Origin: Raillietiella orientalis
Lineage: Eukaryota
Assembly: GCA_036172245.1 (NCBI GenBank)
Contig: JAYWIR010000001.1
Span: 7,316,001-7,380,000 of the forward strand
Length of the DNA stretch: 64,000 nt
Direction: 5' to 3'
Shown here: positions 49,501 through 61,300 of the stretch, one piece after another
Layout: each line of letters begins with the position of its first letter
How positions within the stretch are numbered: position 1 is the stretch's first letter
The notes under the pieces: model-generated
The model's database searches: none
What the model was told of the DNA's origin: nothing
Seen by the model: only the letters and a program-made list of their open reading frames with translations
Position numbers and translations under genes: made by a program

Positions 49501-50709
49501 CGGGTCAGGGGACGTTCCACCAAGCCCTCTCCAAGCCGCCCGCTCGCGGCAAGCTGCCGGCTTGGAGCCTTCTCGCCTTCTCCCGTTACTTTCCTTTTCA
49601 CGAGGTCACGGGCATCGTCCGACCTGCACCCTTGCCTTCCCGATTCCGGGTGGACCTTGCAGGCATCGGAGTCGCCGCTTTCCCTGACAAACGGCGTTGC
49701 GCTCCCACATGAGAGAACCCGCCGTTTGAGACCAAAAGGGCAACTTCCGGAAGGGCAACAACGGAAATCTCTAGGGGTCCGCTCCTACAGGACTTCCAGG
49801 CGACGGAGAAATCGGGCAGGTTTTCTGTGCGACACACCTTTTTGCAGGTTTGAGTATGAAAGCCCAGTGCGCCTCCGCTCCGTAAAATCGAGAGATGGAT
49901 CCGCTGGCGCAGCCGCCAAACATACAGCTCCCCAACACCACAGACTTCGGCAAGATGGTGGCATCCCTGTTGCATCTTCCGTTCATGGAGGCAAAGCTGC
50001 ACAAACTTCTTCCGTTATTCTTATGGGATCGATTATTTTCTCATCGCATTATATTACAGTATGATCCAGTTTGTTATATTGTCATCGAATTTATTGATCA
50101 CTGTTAAAATATATCATATTATGATCAGGTGTATTATTTCATTGAGTTATTTCGATTTTTTGTATTGTTATTACTAGACGCAATGCATTCGAATTGTATT
50201 ATTATCAAAATAAATTACCTTGCCATCAATTTTCATCATGTTATTATTGAATTATATTATGCTGTTTATTATGTGATGAAATTTCAGAGCACTGCCATTG
50301 TATCATTTTGTTCCGTTATCAAAACGCGTGTCCGATTGCGCTCCGTTTCCGTCAGGTTTGCCACCTTGCTGTTGCCATAGTATTTCTGGTCGCCTCCGTG
50401 GTGCAACCTTTGTTTCTTCTTGTCACAAGTTTCATCCCAAGGGTACTGTTTTCAAGAGCGCGGCAGGTGCTAAGGAATGCAGCAAAACAGGATTTCGTCG
50501 CGTGCGGTCTGCCCCATCTTTTTTTTTTCCTCTTCCCGCCGCTTTCCCATAATGGAGTCGTCATTCGGATTTCGGAGGGCCGCGCGCGTAGCTGCCTTCA
50601 CCCGGAAAAGTTTCGAAAGGAGGTTTTCTGCTGCCTCTTTCGAAATGCTACCAGAATCTTCCTGTTTTCGAGAAGAAAAAAAAAAGAAAGAAAGAAAGAA
50701 ACAGAAAAA

Positions 50710-50733
50710 AGAGAGAGAGAGAGAGAGAGAGAG
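50710..50733. repeat. (GA)n microsatellite
   Basis: Read directly from the sequence. Confidence 0.9.
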
Positions 50734-52309
50734 AAACAGAGAGGTGAGCCGCGTCCGAAAAACGAGGACTTTGCGTTCAGAGGTCGAGGAAGGGGGAAGA
50801 GGGCTTGTGTGAGGGAGAAGGAGCAGAAGGGTCGAACGAAGAGTTTGCTTTCCGGCGTTTTCTTGTAGAAGTCCTGTTCACGGGGAAACCATCCACTTTT
50901 TTTTTTTTTAATGTTTTTTACCAGAGGACCATGAAGACACTCTTCCGTGAAAGAAACCAACGGGTCTTCCCGTTGGTTTCTCTCTCATCCGCGACAGCAG
51001 GTAGCCGAAAGGCCATAGGATTTCTTGGAGCTCCTTCTTGAAAGGTTTCCTTCATCCTGGGAATCGGGTCGAGCGCCGGGCTCCACAGGAGCAAAGACTT
51101 CGACCGCACTGATTTTCAGATATCAAGCCGCATGCTTGAAGGAGAAACCTCCTCATTCTTGGGACTGTTATTGGAAAAGGAACAGCACGGAACGAAAGAG
51201 TTCCCTGTTGGAACGTTTCCTTCAATCTGTGTTGTTCCCGTCGCGTGAGTGGCCGACGTTGGTGTGGCTGAGTGACTCTGACCGCTTCCACCACCGGCTC
51301 CTTTTTTTAACTGTTCGTCTTCTTCACCCCCGTCTGAATTTTTCTTGATGCATTATCATGCCGATAGGTCAGAGGCTGACTTCCAGAAAAATAGGGCTAA
51401 ACCCGCCTCCGAAATGGGTTCGGGTTTCCCATTCTGCTCCAGGAAGGAGTCCTGTGAGCTGGCAGCCGCGTAGCGTCGACATGCCGGCTCCGTCCTTCTT
51501 CTGCCCAGTACTTCGAAGCTCTTTTCCTGCGCAGTCGGCTTGCAGATCCCGGGACCCTCCTTCCTTCTCCTCCTCCTCCCCCTCGGCATCCGCCCGGAAT
51601 CGGGACGTGGGTTTCTCTGCTCCCTGCCAGATCCCCTGGAGCAACCAGTCTGTCAGAACTCTCTCGTTCGGTGAGGACCGCTCACCTCGCCTCCCCACGT
51701 TTTCCTGTTTCGTTCCCGTCTGCGAGCGGTGGAGTGGCTCATCCTTGGTGGTTTACGAGCGGTTTCCGAACTTTCCCGGGAATAAACGGACCCCACGCTC
51801 GCTTCGAAAGGGATTTCTGAAGGGCGTTTTCAAAAGGTTATTCCAGGAATGAAACGCAATCTCAATCCATTAACTGGAGATCACTCCATTTCGAGAAGAT
51901 TTGAGATCATTTCAGCCATCCTTTTGCTGCATGGTAATTCCTCCTGGCTGCAGCCAAATTTGCATTCTCTGCTATTCTTCCGAGGGGGATTAAAAATGGG
52001 TACATTTTTCAATCGCTCTTCGCTGCTGCAAGAGCGGGAGATTTTAGTTTATTAACGTTCTTCTCTTTCTTTCCGTTCGGACACATCATTAGCGCGTGCT
52101 TATCCCTGGGACAAGATTGCTGATTACCATGCGTAATATCCTGGCAAAAGAAATGCGCATTCCGCATCCCATAGCACGATTATGGCTGCCAGTCCTAGAG
52201 GGATAATTGGCTATTATTGATTTACAAAATTGTAATGGCAAGGCTGTAGGAATAAATAGCAAATGTGTATTTGTAGCAGTATGTAATAGCATAGATGTGG
52301 TTTTAAACA

Positions 52310-52545
52310 TTAGGTATAAGTGCTACAAATGAGTTCGTTAATCACATACATATAGATAGCACAGACACAGGTATATGAATAACGTAAGTGTAGCTATAAA
52401 TAGTGCACATATAGTTGCAAATAGCATAAACGTAATTAAAAAATCATGCAGGCTTGGTTATAAATGATGTAGAGCTAGTTATAAACGGTACAGTTATAAG
52501 TGGTGGAGATATAATTCAAAATAACGTAGTTGTAAATAAGATTGT
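52310..52545. repeat. AT-rich degenerate minisatellite (core AGTTATAAAT)
   Basis: Variants tagctataaatag, tagttgcaaatag, tggttataaatga, tagttataaacgg, cagttataagtgg and tagttgtaaataa recur at irregular spacing (about 15-45 bp). Confidence 0.55.
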
Positions 52546-53699
52546 CTACATTAAGCCAAGGGGAGTACTTCCTACGTGAATTACACGATCCCTGAGCTGC
52601 GTTTAGTGTGGCGAAAGGGTGAGCCGTCACTTCCGAACCCTCAGTGGAGGCACCTCGATTTTCGGCAACTGAATGGGATGTGGTGGTTGTGCCTCAGCTT
52701 GGACATTCAGTAGAAGGAGCAGTCTTTCCAATTGCACTCTCGAACGGCGTGTCCAGAACTTGGCACACGTGCGTGAAGAAGCATTCGCGGGCACGCTGCG
52801 AGCAGATGCGTGCGGGAGGGAATCGCGACGGGCAGGCGCGCATGCCTAGCAGACGCACCGAGGTCCGAGGGCACCGCATCTCAGGGTTTGCCCACTCACG
52901 AGAGCACTCCTGCCCCCCGCAAGTCTGCTTGCCCACCACACACGAGTGATGGAGAGAGTGTGGCCCGAGGGAACCTCCTTCTTCCTTGAGAACATGCGCT
53001 GCCCTCAGACAGAGAAAGCATCCCAACAAGTATCGGGAGGAGAGGATTTGTTTTCGACGTTTTGAAAGATCGGCTACGGTTTCCGTGAACTGGTCCGGAC
53101 CGCCTCGGGAGGAAGAATCCGAGGAAATGCGCGCGTCTGCGGAAGGGAGAGGCTGAGTAAGCTTTTTGCGTCGGAATAAGATGGCCTTCTTCGCACCGTG
53201 AGGATGGACTGAAACATCTGAGTCCATCACTGGTACTTCACAGGGAACTCTCTCACAAGTACACCTCACGGGCCTGACGAGAAGCTGCCTTGGAGATGAC
53301 TCGATCCTCCACTTCCAGCTGCTGCCGAATCCCGAGGAATCGAGTGTGCCTAAGATGCTGCTGATCAGAGCAACGAAGCTGAGCTTCGGAAGCTACCCAC
53401 GCAGTCAGCTAGTCCCGGGTTCAGCGGTCAATTCTGTTGTAAGTCGGTGGATTCCTGATTGGTAGGCGCAGTGTGGACTGACGCTGGAACACAGGACGAG
53501 GTGAGTGGAAGGCTGGCTGGCTTGCTGTTCCCGGTGGTGTGTTCTCCCACGGTCGCTAAACAATCGTGAGTCGCTCTGCTTGCCCATCATTCCGCAGGGG
53601 AATATCTCAACAGAATCGCATCTGTTTGGGGTGCTTCTGGGAAGCGTTCCTCTGTCCACTCGAAGTTCAAGGAAGATTCGATTGGAATTCGATAGCTCG

Positions 53700-56600
53700 T
53701 CGGGGCTGTCGGAGGTCGCGCGACCTGCTACCTCTAGCAGTCTGCGAGACCAGGTCATCATTAGCGCATGAGTTAGGTCATCATTCCCACGTCCCCCACG
53801 CCTTGGGGAGAGACACCCACGGACCACGGCGATGAGGGATTTCCTTCCGCCCTGCTCGCGACGTGTCACCAAGCCCTCCTCCACGCTCGTCCCGCAAATC
53901 TTCTGGGCCGCAGCTTTCGTGGGCTTCTGGAAGTCTCCCACTGCCAGACCGGTATCCTCCTGACTCTGACCACACATCAATGAGGACAGCCAGAGGGAAA
54001 GTGTGCCACTCGTCGGGAGGAAGTCGAGCCGCTTAGGAAATTCAGTGCTTTGTGGTGCAGGTCTCCATCTTCCGTTGGATTCTTCACGGAGAATCCTTGG
54101 TTATCGGACTCCGACGTGTTCTTCCTGGGACAGAGGCCCCTTAAAAAAAAAGCAGTTTGAGGAAATCCACTTTGTTCATGGGTCCCACGGTTTCCATCCC
54201 GCAATTGAGGGTTCATCTAAGGGAAAAGTTGAACGCTTGCACTCCCGTCGTATTTGGAGGTGCCATTGATGGCGTCCACGAGGACCGTGTCCTCCCGAAG
54301 GTTCTCCAAGCCCTCGATTCCAAGTTCGAAGGATTGATGGAACCCCACCTTCACCAATGGAAGGACCGTGCAGGACGAAACGTGGCTCCAATCTCTTGCG
54401 GCGACGGAACTAACAGCTGCGCTCTCTACAGCAGTCCGTCCGACCTTCCTTTTTCCAGATACGCTGGTTTCCGCCCCTTCCCTGTTGTCAAGGCTACGGC
54501 TCAAGTATGGATGCGATGTGCACAGATGCTGATGCGGTTTCCCTTCGAGGGAGACTCAGCGTCCCCCATCAAAATCCGAAAAGGAATGGCTGCACTGAGT
54601 GCGCGCGGTCCCGCATCCCTAACGTGCCGGAACGAATTAGGAGAGCAAGAGTTGCTGCTAAATCGGGAGCTGCTGCTGCGCGAGTTCAACAGAGCTTGCG
54701 CCGGGAGAGACAAAAAGATGTCTGTTTCTCCCCCTTGCGGGCCTTCCATCCGCGGATCGCCCCGTCCTCTCGGGCGTCTCCCTCGCTTTCCAGAAGGCAA
54801 GAGCCGGCTGGGAGTGAGTTCAGCTGTTCATTCGGCCACGATTTCGGAACAGAGCCTGGAAGCTCTGGATGTGGACACTGCTTTCGTCTCCGACGCGAGT
54901 CGTTTCCAGGAAAAACGCGCTTGCAGGCCGGAAGGGCACATTTCTTCGTTGGAACAGCTCCCCGGATCCTCGAAGGTGTCAGTGAACGAAAGCCCATCGT
55001 GCAGCGGTGGTAAAATCGCGATCGTCCTTGAGGATCGTAATGAGAAGCAGGTGGTCTCACACGAGGGGAGCCATGCACGGTGTCTTGCAGGGAGGGGGCA
55101 GAGGGATTCATGCGCTCGACGAGCGATCCATCATTCAGAGGTTGGTTTTGGACATCCTCACGCCTTCCTCTCCCGTGTAGCGGAACCACTTCATCTTCCT
55201 GTGTTCCATCTCAGAGAGCAGAGGGGCTTGGTGAACGCAAAAAGATCAACTCGGAGAGGGGAGCACGCGTCCGGCTGCTGCATGCATTCGTATCTTTTCC
55301 ACCATGGTATTCCACTGCCAACCCTTCCGTGGGAACCATTCGAACCTTCAGGTTCTTCCGTGGACTACGGCAACCTCTGCCTCCGCTTCAGCTGGTACGT
55401 TTTCCACGCTCCAGGCGACGGAAGCACAAAGAAAGGGGCTGCAGTTCGTTCACGAAAGGGAGATACGTAGTATTCCACCAACGCTTCGAGTATACGTCGT
55501 GCGTGTGGCACGGTGAACCACTCCTGACCGGGAACCACGGAGGTGGCTTCCCGTAGAGACCACGCAAATTGGTCGTAGGAGTTCCCGGTGCACTCCTATG
55601 ACCAATTTGCGTGGACATCCAGAATTTTGCACATCCAGAAGCCGATCCTCCACCACCAAAGTTTCCCGTCTCCTCGCCTCCTTCCTCACTTTAATCCCCG
55701 CCACCACTGACCGCTTCCAGAGGGGCGGCGCACGCCGAGGAGGATGGAAAAGGCGATGGCATCCCGTGAAGACCTGCTCCCTTACTGGGACGAAACGACC
55801 CCAACCTGCTCCCTAGGTGGGTGAGAAGTCCGGCTTCCCTGATCGTTGAAGTCCAGACTCGTTAAGCAGCAGCAGTTCCACGTCCAGCGAGCCCACTGGG
55901 GAGAGGAGGAAGAGGACTGGCGCAGCGGGGTGGGCGGAAGGTAGGACCCCCTTCATCTCCCTTGCAAGATGCTGATCGCCGAGGGCACAGCGGGGGAGGG
56001 GAGTCTACCGTGAGCGACGAAGCAATCATCTCTGAAGATGAGCAGTCACTTGACTGGGCAAGGCTCGCGCCAAGCTGAGGGGACCTCCAGAGTTCGGAGC
56101 GTCCCGGTGTCGAAGGATGCTCAGCTCTCAGTTCCCGGCAAGCAGGCGGCAGATCAATACGCTTTGATCTTGGTGGGTTGGGGGAAGAAAATGCTGCAAA
56201 AAAATCGCGGAGGAGGGGCTGAAGCACACCCTCTCTTTTCCCGAGATGCTCCCTTTGGGTCTGCACTGGACGGGGCGTCTAAGTTTGCTCCCCTTCCACT
56301 GTGGTCTTTTCCAGAGCGGCCATGGAGTTCTCGAAGAGACAGACGATGTCTGGTATGACGACCCGGCCTTCTCCTTGAAGTACCGGGTCCTGTGGTCCTG
56401 TGACTGTCTGGAGTCCATCTCGGAGACTGCCTGGTTGGATACCACCATCAGCTTCAAGTTTGTTCCCTGTCCATTGTTCCAAAGCTAATGGCTTTGAAAA
56501 GTAAAAGTGGGCGCCAGTGACTTCGAGCCGCGCTACTGAGTGCTGTACGAGCGCCCTTTCATGTATTCAGCTCAGGGAACGAGGCCTGGGAGAAGTTTCT

Positions 56601-58300
56601 CCCTTCCATCCCGTCCGGAACAGGGCCGGCTGGTGTCCGCCTCGGGTGTCAGCAAAGGCAGAAAGATCTTTCTTCCTACACGATGCGTACCAAAAGCAGA
56701 TCATCTCGAAAGAAGGTTCCCCGTTGATGTCCGCAGTCTCTCGAAGCAGCAATGAGCCCTACGAAGCTATGGACGCGTTGCTCAGATGGGAGTCCCGTGC
56801 AAGAAGCAGGAAGAGAACTTTTTCAGTGGCCGTGCTGGCCTGTAGACTTGCGCACGCAACCCAAAGATCTCTCCTTTGCTCCTACCTCCTGACTGCTGCG
56901 TGTGCCCCGCGGAAGGAAGCAGGAATACCTCTTTCACTCTTCCTCCTTTCGACATCTTCCGAACCCTCTTCAATTCAGACTGGGGACTTCTTTAGTGAGA
57001 GAAGGAGAAAGATTCTCCCTGGAGTTGCTCCCGCTCAGGGTAAAGACGCGAAGCCTCTCTCTGGGACAGCAGATGCGGCATCTCCACCTCTCCGGACCCG
57101 TTCATTTTCTCAAAACGCGGCTCCCTGCTCTCTCTCCTTTTCCCGAGGTCATGGAGGGCTTTCGTGCTTCCCGATAACCTGGGCTTTCCGGATAGCAGGA
57201 GCAGCGGGGCGGCACCAGCGAGATGTGGAGTCGACAGTCTACCAGTGGACGGATGCCAGCCTCCAGAGGTAGTAGTAGAGGATGCGATCTCCTCGTACTG
57301 TTTCGGGGCCGCTTTAAGAAAAAATGCAAGAAAACGAGGAAGTGGTGAGGGCCAGATTCTGTGCAGCATTCCACCGTTTCCTGGACCTGCACATGATCTG
57401 GGGGAGCAGCAGCCGACGTTTGTATCCCCTTCCTCCTCATCATCGGCCATCTCGTCCCGCTATCTCCTCCCATCATCTGGTTGCTTCTGGGGAGCAGTCA
57501 CAACCTGGATCCGGTCCAAGAGAGGGTGATGACTCGGGATTACTTAAAGAAGTGCACGGGAGGGGGGAGGGGAGATTTTTCGCAGCTTTCCGCCCGTTCC
57601 TCAACCCTGCTCATCTTCCCCGTTGCTCACAAAGGGCTGGCCAGTGGCTGCTGCTCAAAGGTGAAGGGCGTCCCTCGTCGAGGTGGGGCCGTGCTCGGAT
57701 TCGAACCTGCAGCCACTTTCTCGGCTCCGGGTGCCTTTCTTCTTTGTTCCTGATCTGCTGCCTCGATTTGCGGTGTCCTCGTGACACGCCGTTCCTTCAT
57801 AGGGCCGAAATGTTGATCTTGATCCTCTGGAGACTCGGCTACATGGCACGGCACTCGTTCATCTAAAAGGATGCGCCTGCGGTAGACGTTCCGGAATGCT
57901 GGGCGACGCCATCGACTTGTCGGGATCGCTGGCGCGCGTTCTCGAAACTTCCGCCCCATGCATTCCCTTGTCGTCCTTGGGATGCCAGAAACCCTCCGAC
58001 GAAGAGGCTGTGGGCCGAAGAGGGCTGCCGCAGTCTTCCCAAACTCGCGGCCCACAAGTTCCGCAATGCGAGGACATGCTGCTCTGCTGTGGCTCGAACT
58101 CCCTGTTTGTTCCCCATGCTCGGTGTGGCGCCGTCTCTGACTGGACGAGGGCTGACCTCTGGACTCGCAGTGCTTCTGCTTACTCGACATTCCACTTTCA
58201 GATCGCCTTTGCTTTGCCAGTGGTCTCTTACGTCGTCTCACCTCCACACGGACACTGCGCCCGTTATCGCGGCCTGGAATAATGTCGCAATTGGACTGGG
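53700..58300 (-). mobile_element. Decayed L1/Tx1-like ORF2 fragments (at least two copies in series)
   Basis: RKAPGA (~57725), SCAGPG (cf. QTCAVPG), LQGESFS, GEGRVVIPDI (~56360), SWKRLASETK (~54900), GCPH*C (~53985). Shares homology with the 27040 and 45133 segments. Confidence 0.55.
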
Positions 58301-61300
58301 TGAATTGAGGAAAAGGCGCGGTCCCATTCCGCTTTTTTCGTCCTCCGCAACCGGGACGGTCAGTCCATCATGCAACGGAGAAAGGGGAAAAAGAACTTCT
58401 GTTGTAAGGCAACAGAAGTTCTTTGTGTCTTTCGAGTACTCGCTGATGCCGAGGCAGCCGAGGAAGGCTAGTGAAGGCTGCAGGCTGCTGGGCGGCAAAC
58501 CTGCCCGCGGCCCTTTCCCTCTGGGTGTGCCAACGCAAAGCAAAAGGAAAGAAAGGAAAGAAAATTCTCCCGAGGGTATGTCGGAAAGACCCCCGGTCAG
58601 CAAGAGGTCCATTCGAAGGACGAACTTCGCATGAGTCCCCTTTTCTCCGCCTTGCAAGAGAGACGGCCAGGAAGCGACTTCCAGTCCCCATCTGGACAAG
58701 GACAGGGTGCTGACCTTCCGAGCTCGCTCTCCGTGGGTCGTGAGGAAGAGTTCGACGTCGTTCCCCTCCCTCTGAGGGTCTCGTTCCGGTATCTGGATGG
58801 CTGCGCCTTTGGTGTCCTCGCGATAGAGCGTCTTCTCCTGGATTTCTTCGGGGAACTTTCCTGGGCACTCCAGAGCCCCACGATGCAGTTTCCTGTCGAC
58901 CTGATGACTGCGGTGAATCTGTGGACGGGTGGAAGATAGAGGTAGGGGGGGGGAGGGGATCTGAACGAGGGGCTCGAAGAAACGTTGCCTTCTTATGAGA
59001 GGTCCCTCCGAAAAGTCCCTCCGTCTTTGCTTTCCTCCTCCTCTGGAGATTTCCCCTGCAGGAGGGGGTAGAGAACGGAGACGGACGGGAGCAAGTCGCC
59101 ACACGAGTCCCAGGTGAACGGGATGGGGATGCAGTGTGGACGCTTGCTGATTTTCGAACATCCCAAAGAAGGAGAGGTCGACGGAACAGGAAAAAGAAGC
59201 GAGGATCTTTCACCCCTCTCCGCAACCCGTCTCAGCTCTACCCCCTTCCCCGAGTCGCATCGCCTCTTCTTCGGGTAGCCGGCACCCTGCTTCTCCTCTA
59301 GCCTCCCCCGAGGCGAAGAGGGGGGGGGGGCACGGGTTCGACGCCCACTTCCGTGGGGAGCAGAGTACCCGTCCTGGGAAAAGGGAGATGCTTCGAAGCG
59401 ACGCGAAAGCCTCCGAGGGAGGAAGAAGGGAGAAAAGTGGCAGGCGACACCCATCCACTTCGACTCCCTGGATACGGCCGCTGCGCGTCTCGCAGCCGGG
59501 GCGAGAGCGACCTGCTGCTTCCCATGGTCAGATCCGACGACTGAGACGAACACTTCTTTCGCCCGCGGGCGGTGCACTCCGAAAGGAGGCTTTCTCCAGT
59601 CCACTCCCCCCTGTCCTCCCCGACGAGAGGCGACTCCCTCTGGAAAAGCCACCGGGGGAACTTCCCACTAAGCTCGTTAGAGTAGGGGTGAGGGGAAGAA
59701 GGGAGGTAAGGGATCTTGGCTCCCCTTTCCCGCTGGCGCCTCGGAAACCCTCTCCCGCCTCAGCGAGGGGATCCTGTTCTCCTAGCATGCACCGTGAGGT
59801 CAAAGCTCTGGTGCCCCGCGGTCGTCCTCGCTCCAGGAGACCCCACACCCCGCGGGAACCGCGCCGGTGCCCAAGGAGGCGGAAGGTTCCAGGTTTCACT
59901 TATTTCCGGGAGGGCGGTGCCGTCGCCAGGTGCGGGTCCGTCTCCCAGAGGAGGATCCTGAGGCAGGAGAGGAGGAGCTTCTCGACCCGACTGCTCCCTG
60001 TTTTCACAGGTTCCACCGTGCCCGCAGAAGGCGACGCTTTCCTAGTCGCGGGACCCCCTGCTCCTCGGCTGCTCCAGGGAACGGGTCTGCGTCCCCGCTA
60101 TCCCTTGGCGTGCTCATAAGACCGGTCCGGGGTCCTCCAGGATGCGCTCTCTCCTATTTCACGCCTTGCCCCCGTCCGAGGGGCAGGAACTGCTGAAATC
60201 CCTTAGATTCGGATGCTGCAGTAGGGAGGATCCTCCCCTGCGTTCTCCTGCTTTAATCCGCTGCGTGCGCCAGGTTCCTGCCGAGGGCGCGCGCGCTCGG
60301 AAACAGCTTCCGCCCGTCTTCCGGACCAAAAAGCCTGAAAAGAGGACACGGCTGAGCGGAATCGGAAGCGACTCTGGTACTGCCTCCACTTTCAGCGGCA
60401 GCTGATCGCATCCGTGAAGAAGGATCTGACGACGATTAAGAATGTGGGAGAAAGCGGAGGTGGAAAGTTTAAAAGTGTGGGGAGAACGCAAACCTCGTTT
60501 TTCCCTCACCCTTTTCCTGGATCATCCCCCTCGCGGCGCCCTTCCGACTCCTCTTCAGCCCCAGTGAGCGCCTACTCTCCCCCGTGGCGGCTCTCCCGCC
60601 CCAGGAGGAGCCTCCCTGAGAACCGCGGCCATCCTCCTCCCTCCCTCTTCCTCTTCCCCCTTCCTGCTTCTTCCGGCAGTCCCGACGGCAGTTGGCGCTT
60701 CTCCCACGAGCTCTCCGGGCAGCGTGGGCAGCGCAGAGCCAATCGGTTGCCTCCAGCGACAGCTGGCGGCAAAATAATCCCAGCGCTTCCCGAGAGACCC
60801 TTTCTCGGGAAGACTGCCCTTCTGCCCTCCTCGCAGAACGAGACGGAAGGGTTCCTCCTCCCCGTCCGCTTGGCGCTGCCGCCCGATCGGCCGCCAGACA
60901 GCGGGAGGCGGCGGTGCCGGGCTCGGCTCCTTCCTCGCACGCCGCGGGGCGACACGCAGGACGGCCAGAGTCCTCGAGAAGGAGGCCGGCAAGCCCCAAA
61001 ATTCTCCTCCTCATGCCCGTAGAGGGTGTGCGTCCCTGCTCTTGGTGTCCCGATTCCCAGCGGCGACGCGCTCAGAGACGGGGTCATGCGCCGCCGTTGC
61101 CTCGGTGGACCGGAGCTTTCGAGATTCGACGGCCCCTCCCACGCCTCCTTCGGGATGCGCGTGTTCTGGAACCAGAGCCCTCTCCAGCGTCCAGTCTTCC
61201 CTGACCTCTCCCGTGCCTTCATCCGAGTGCCCAGGGAAGTCGAGGAAGCCGAGGAGATTTCTCTCTGCTAGCGTCCGCCCTCCACTCCTTCCGGGAAGAA

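Noticed and set aside
54157-55470. Longest ORF in the track (437 aa, + strand)
   Set aside because: No recognisable domain; it is the antisense shadow of a GC-rich minus-strand LINE fossil.
57697-57707. tRNA/SINE B-box GGTTCGAATCC on the minus strand
   Set aside because: No T-stem, A-box or cloverleaf; it lies inside an RT remnant.
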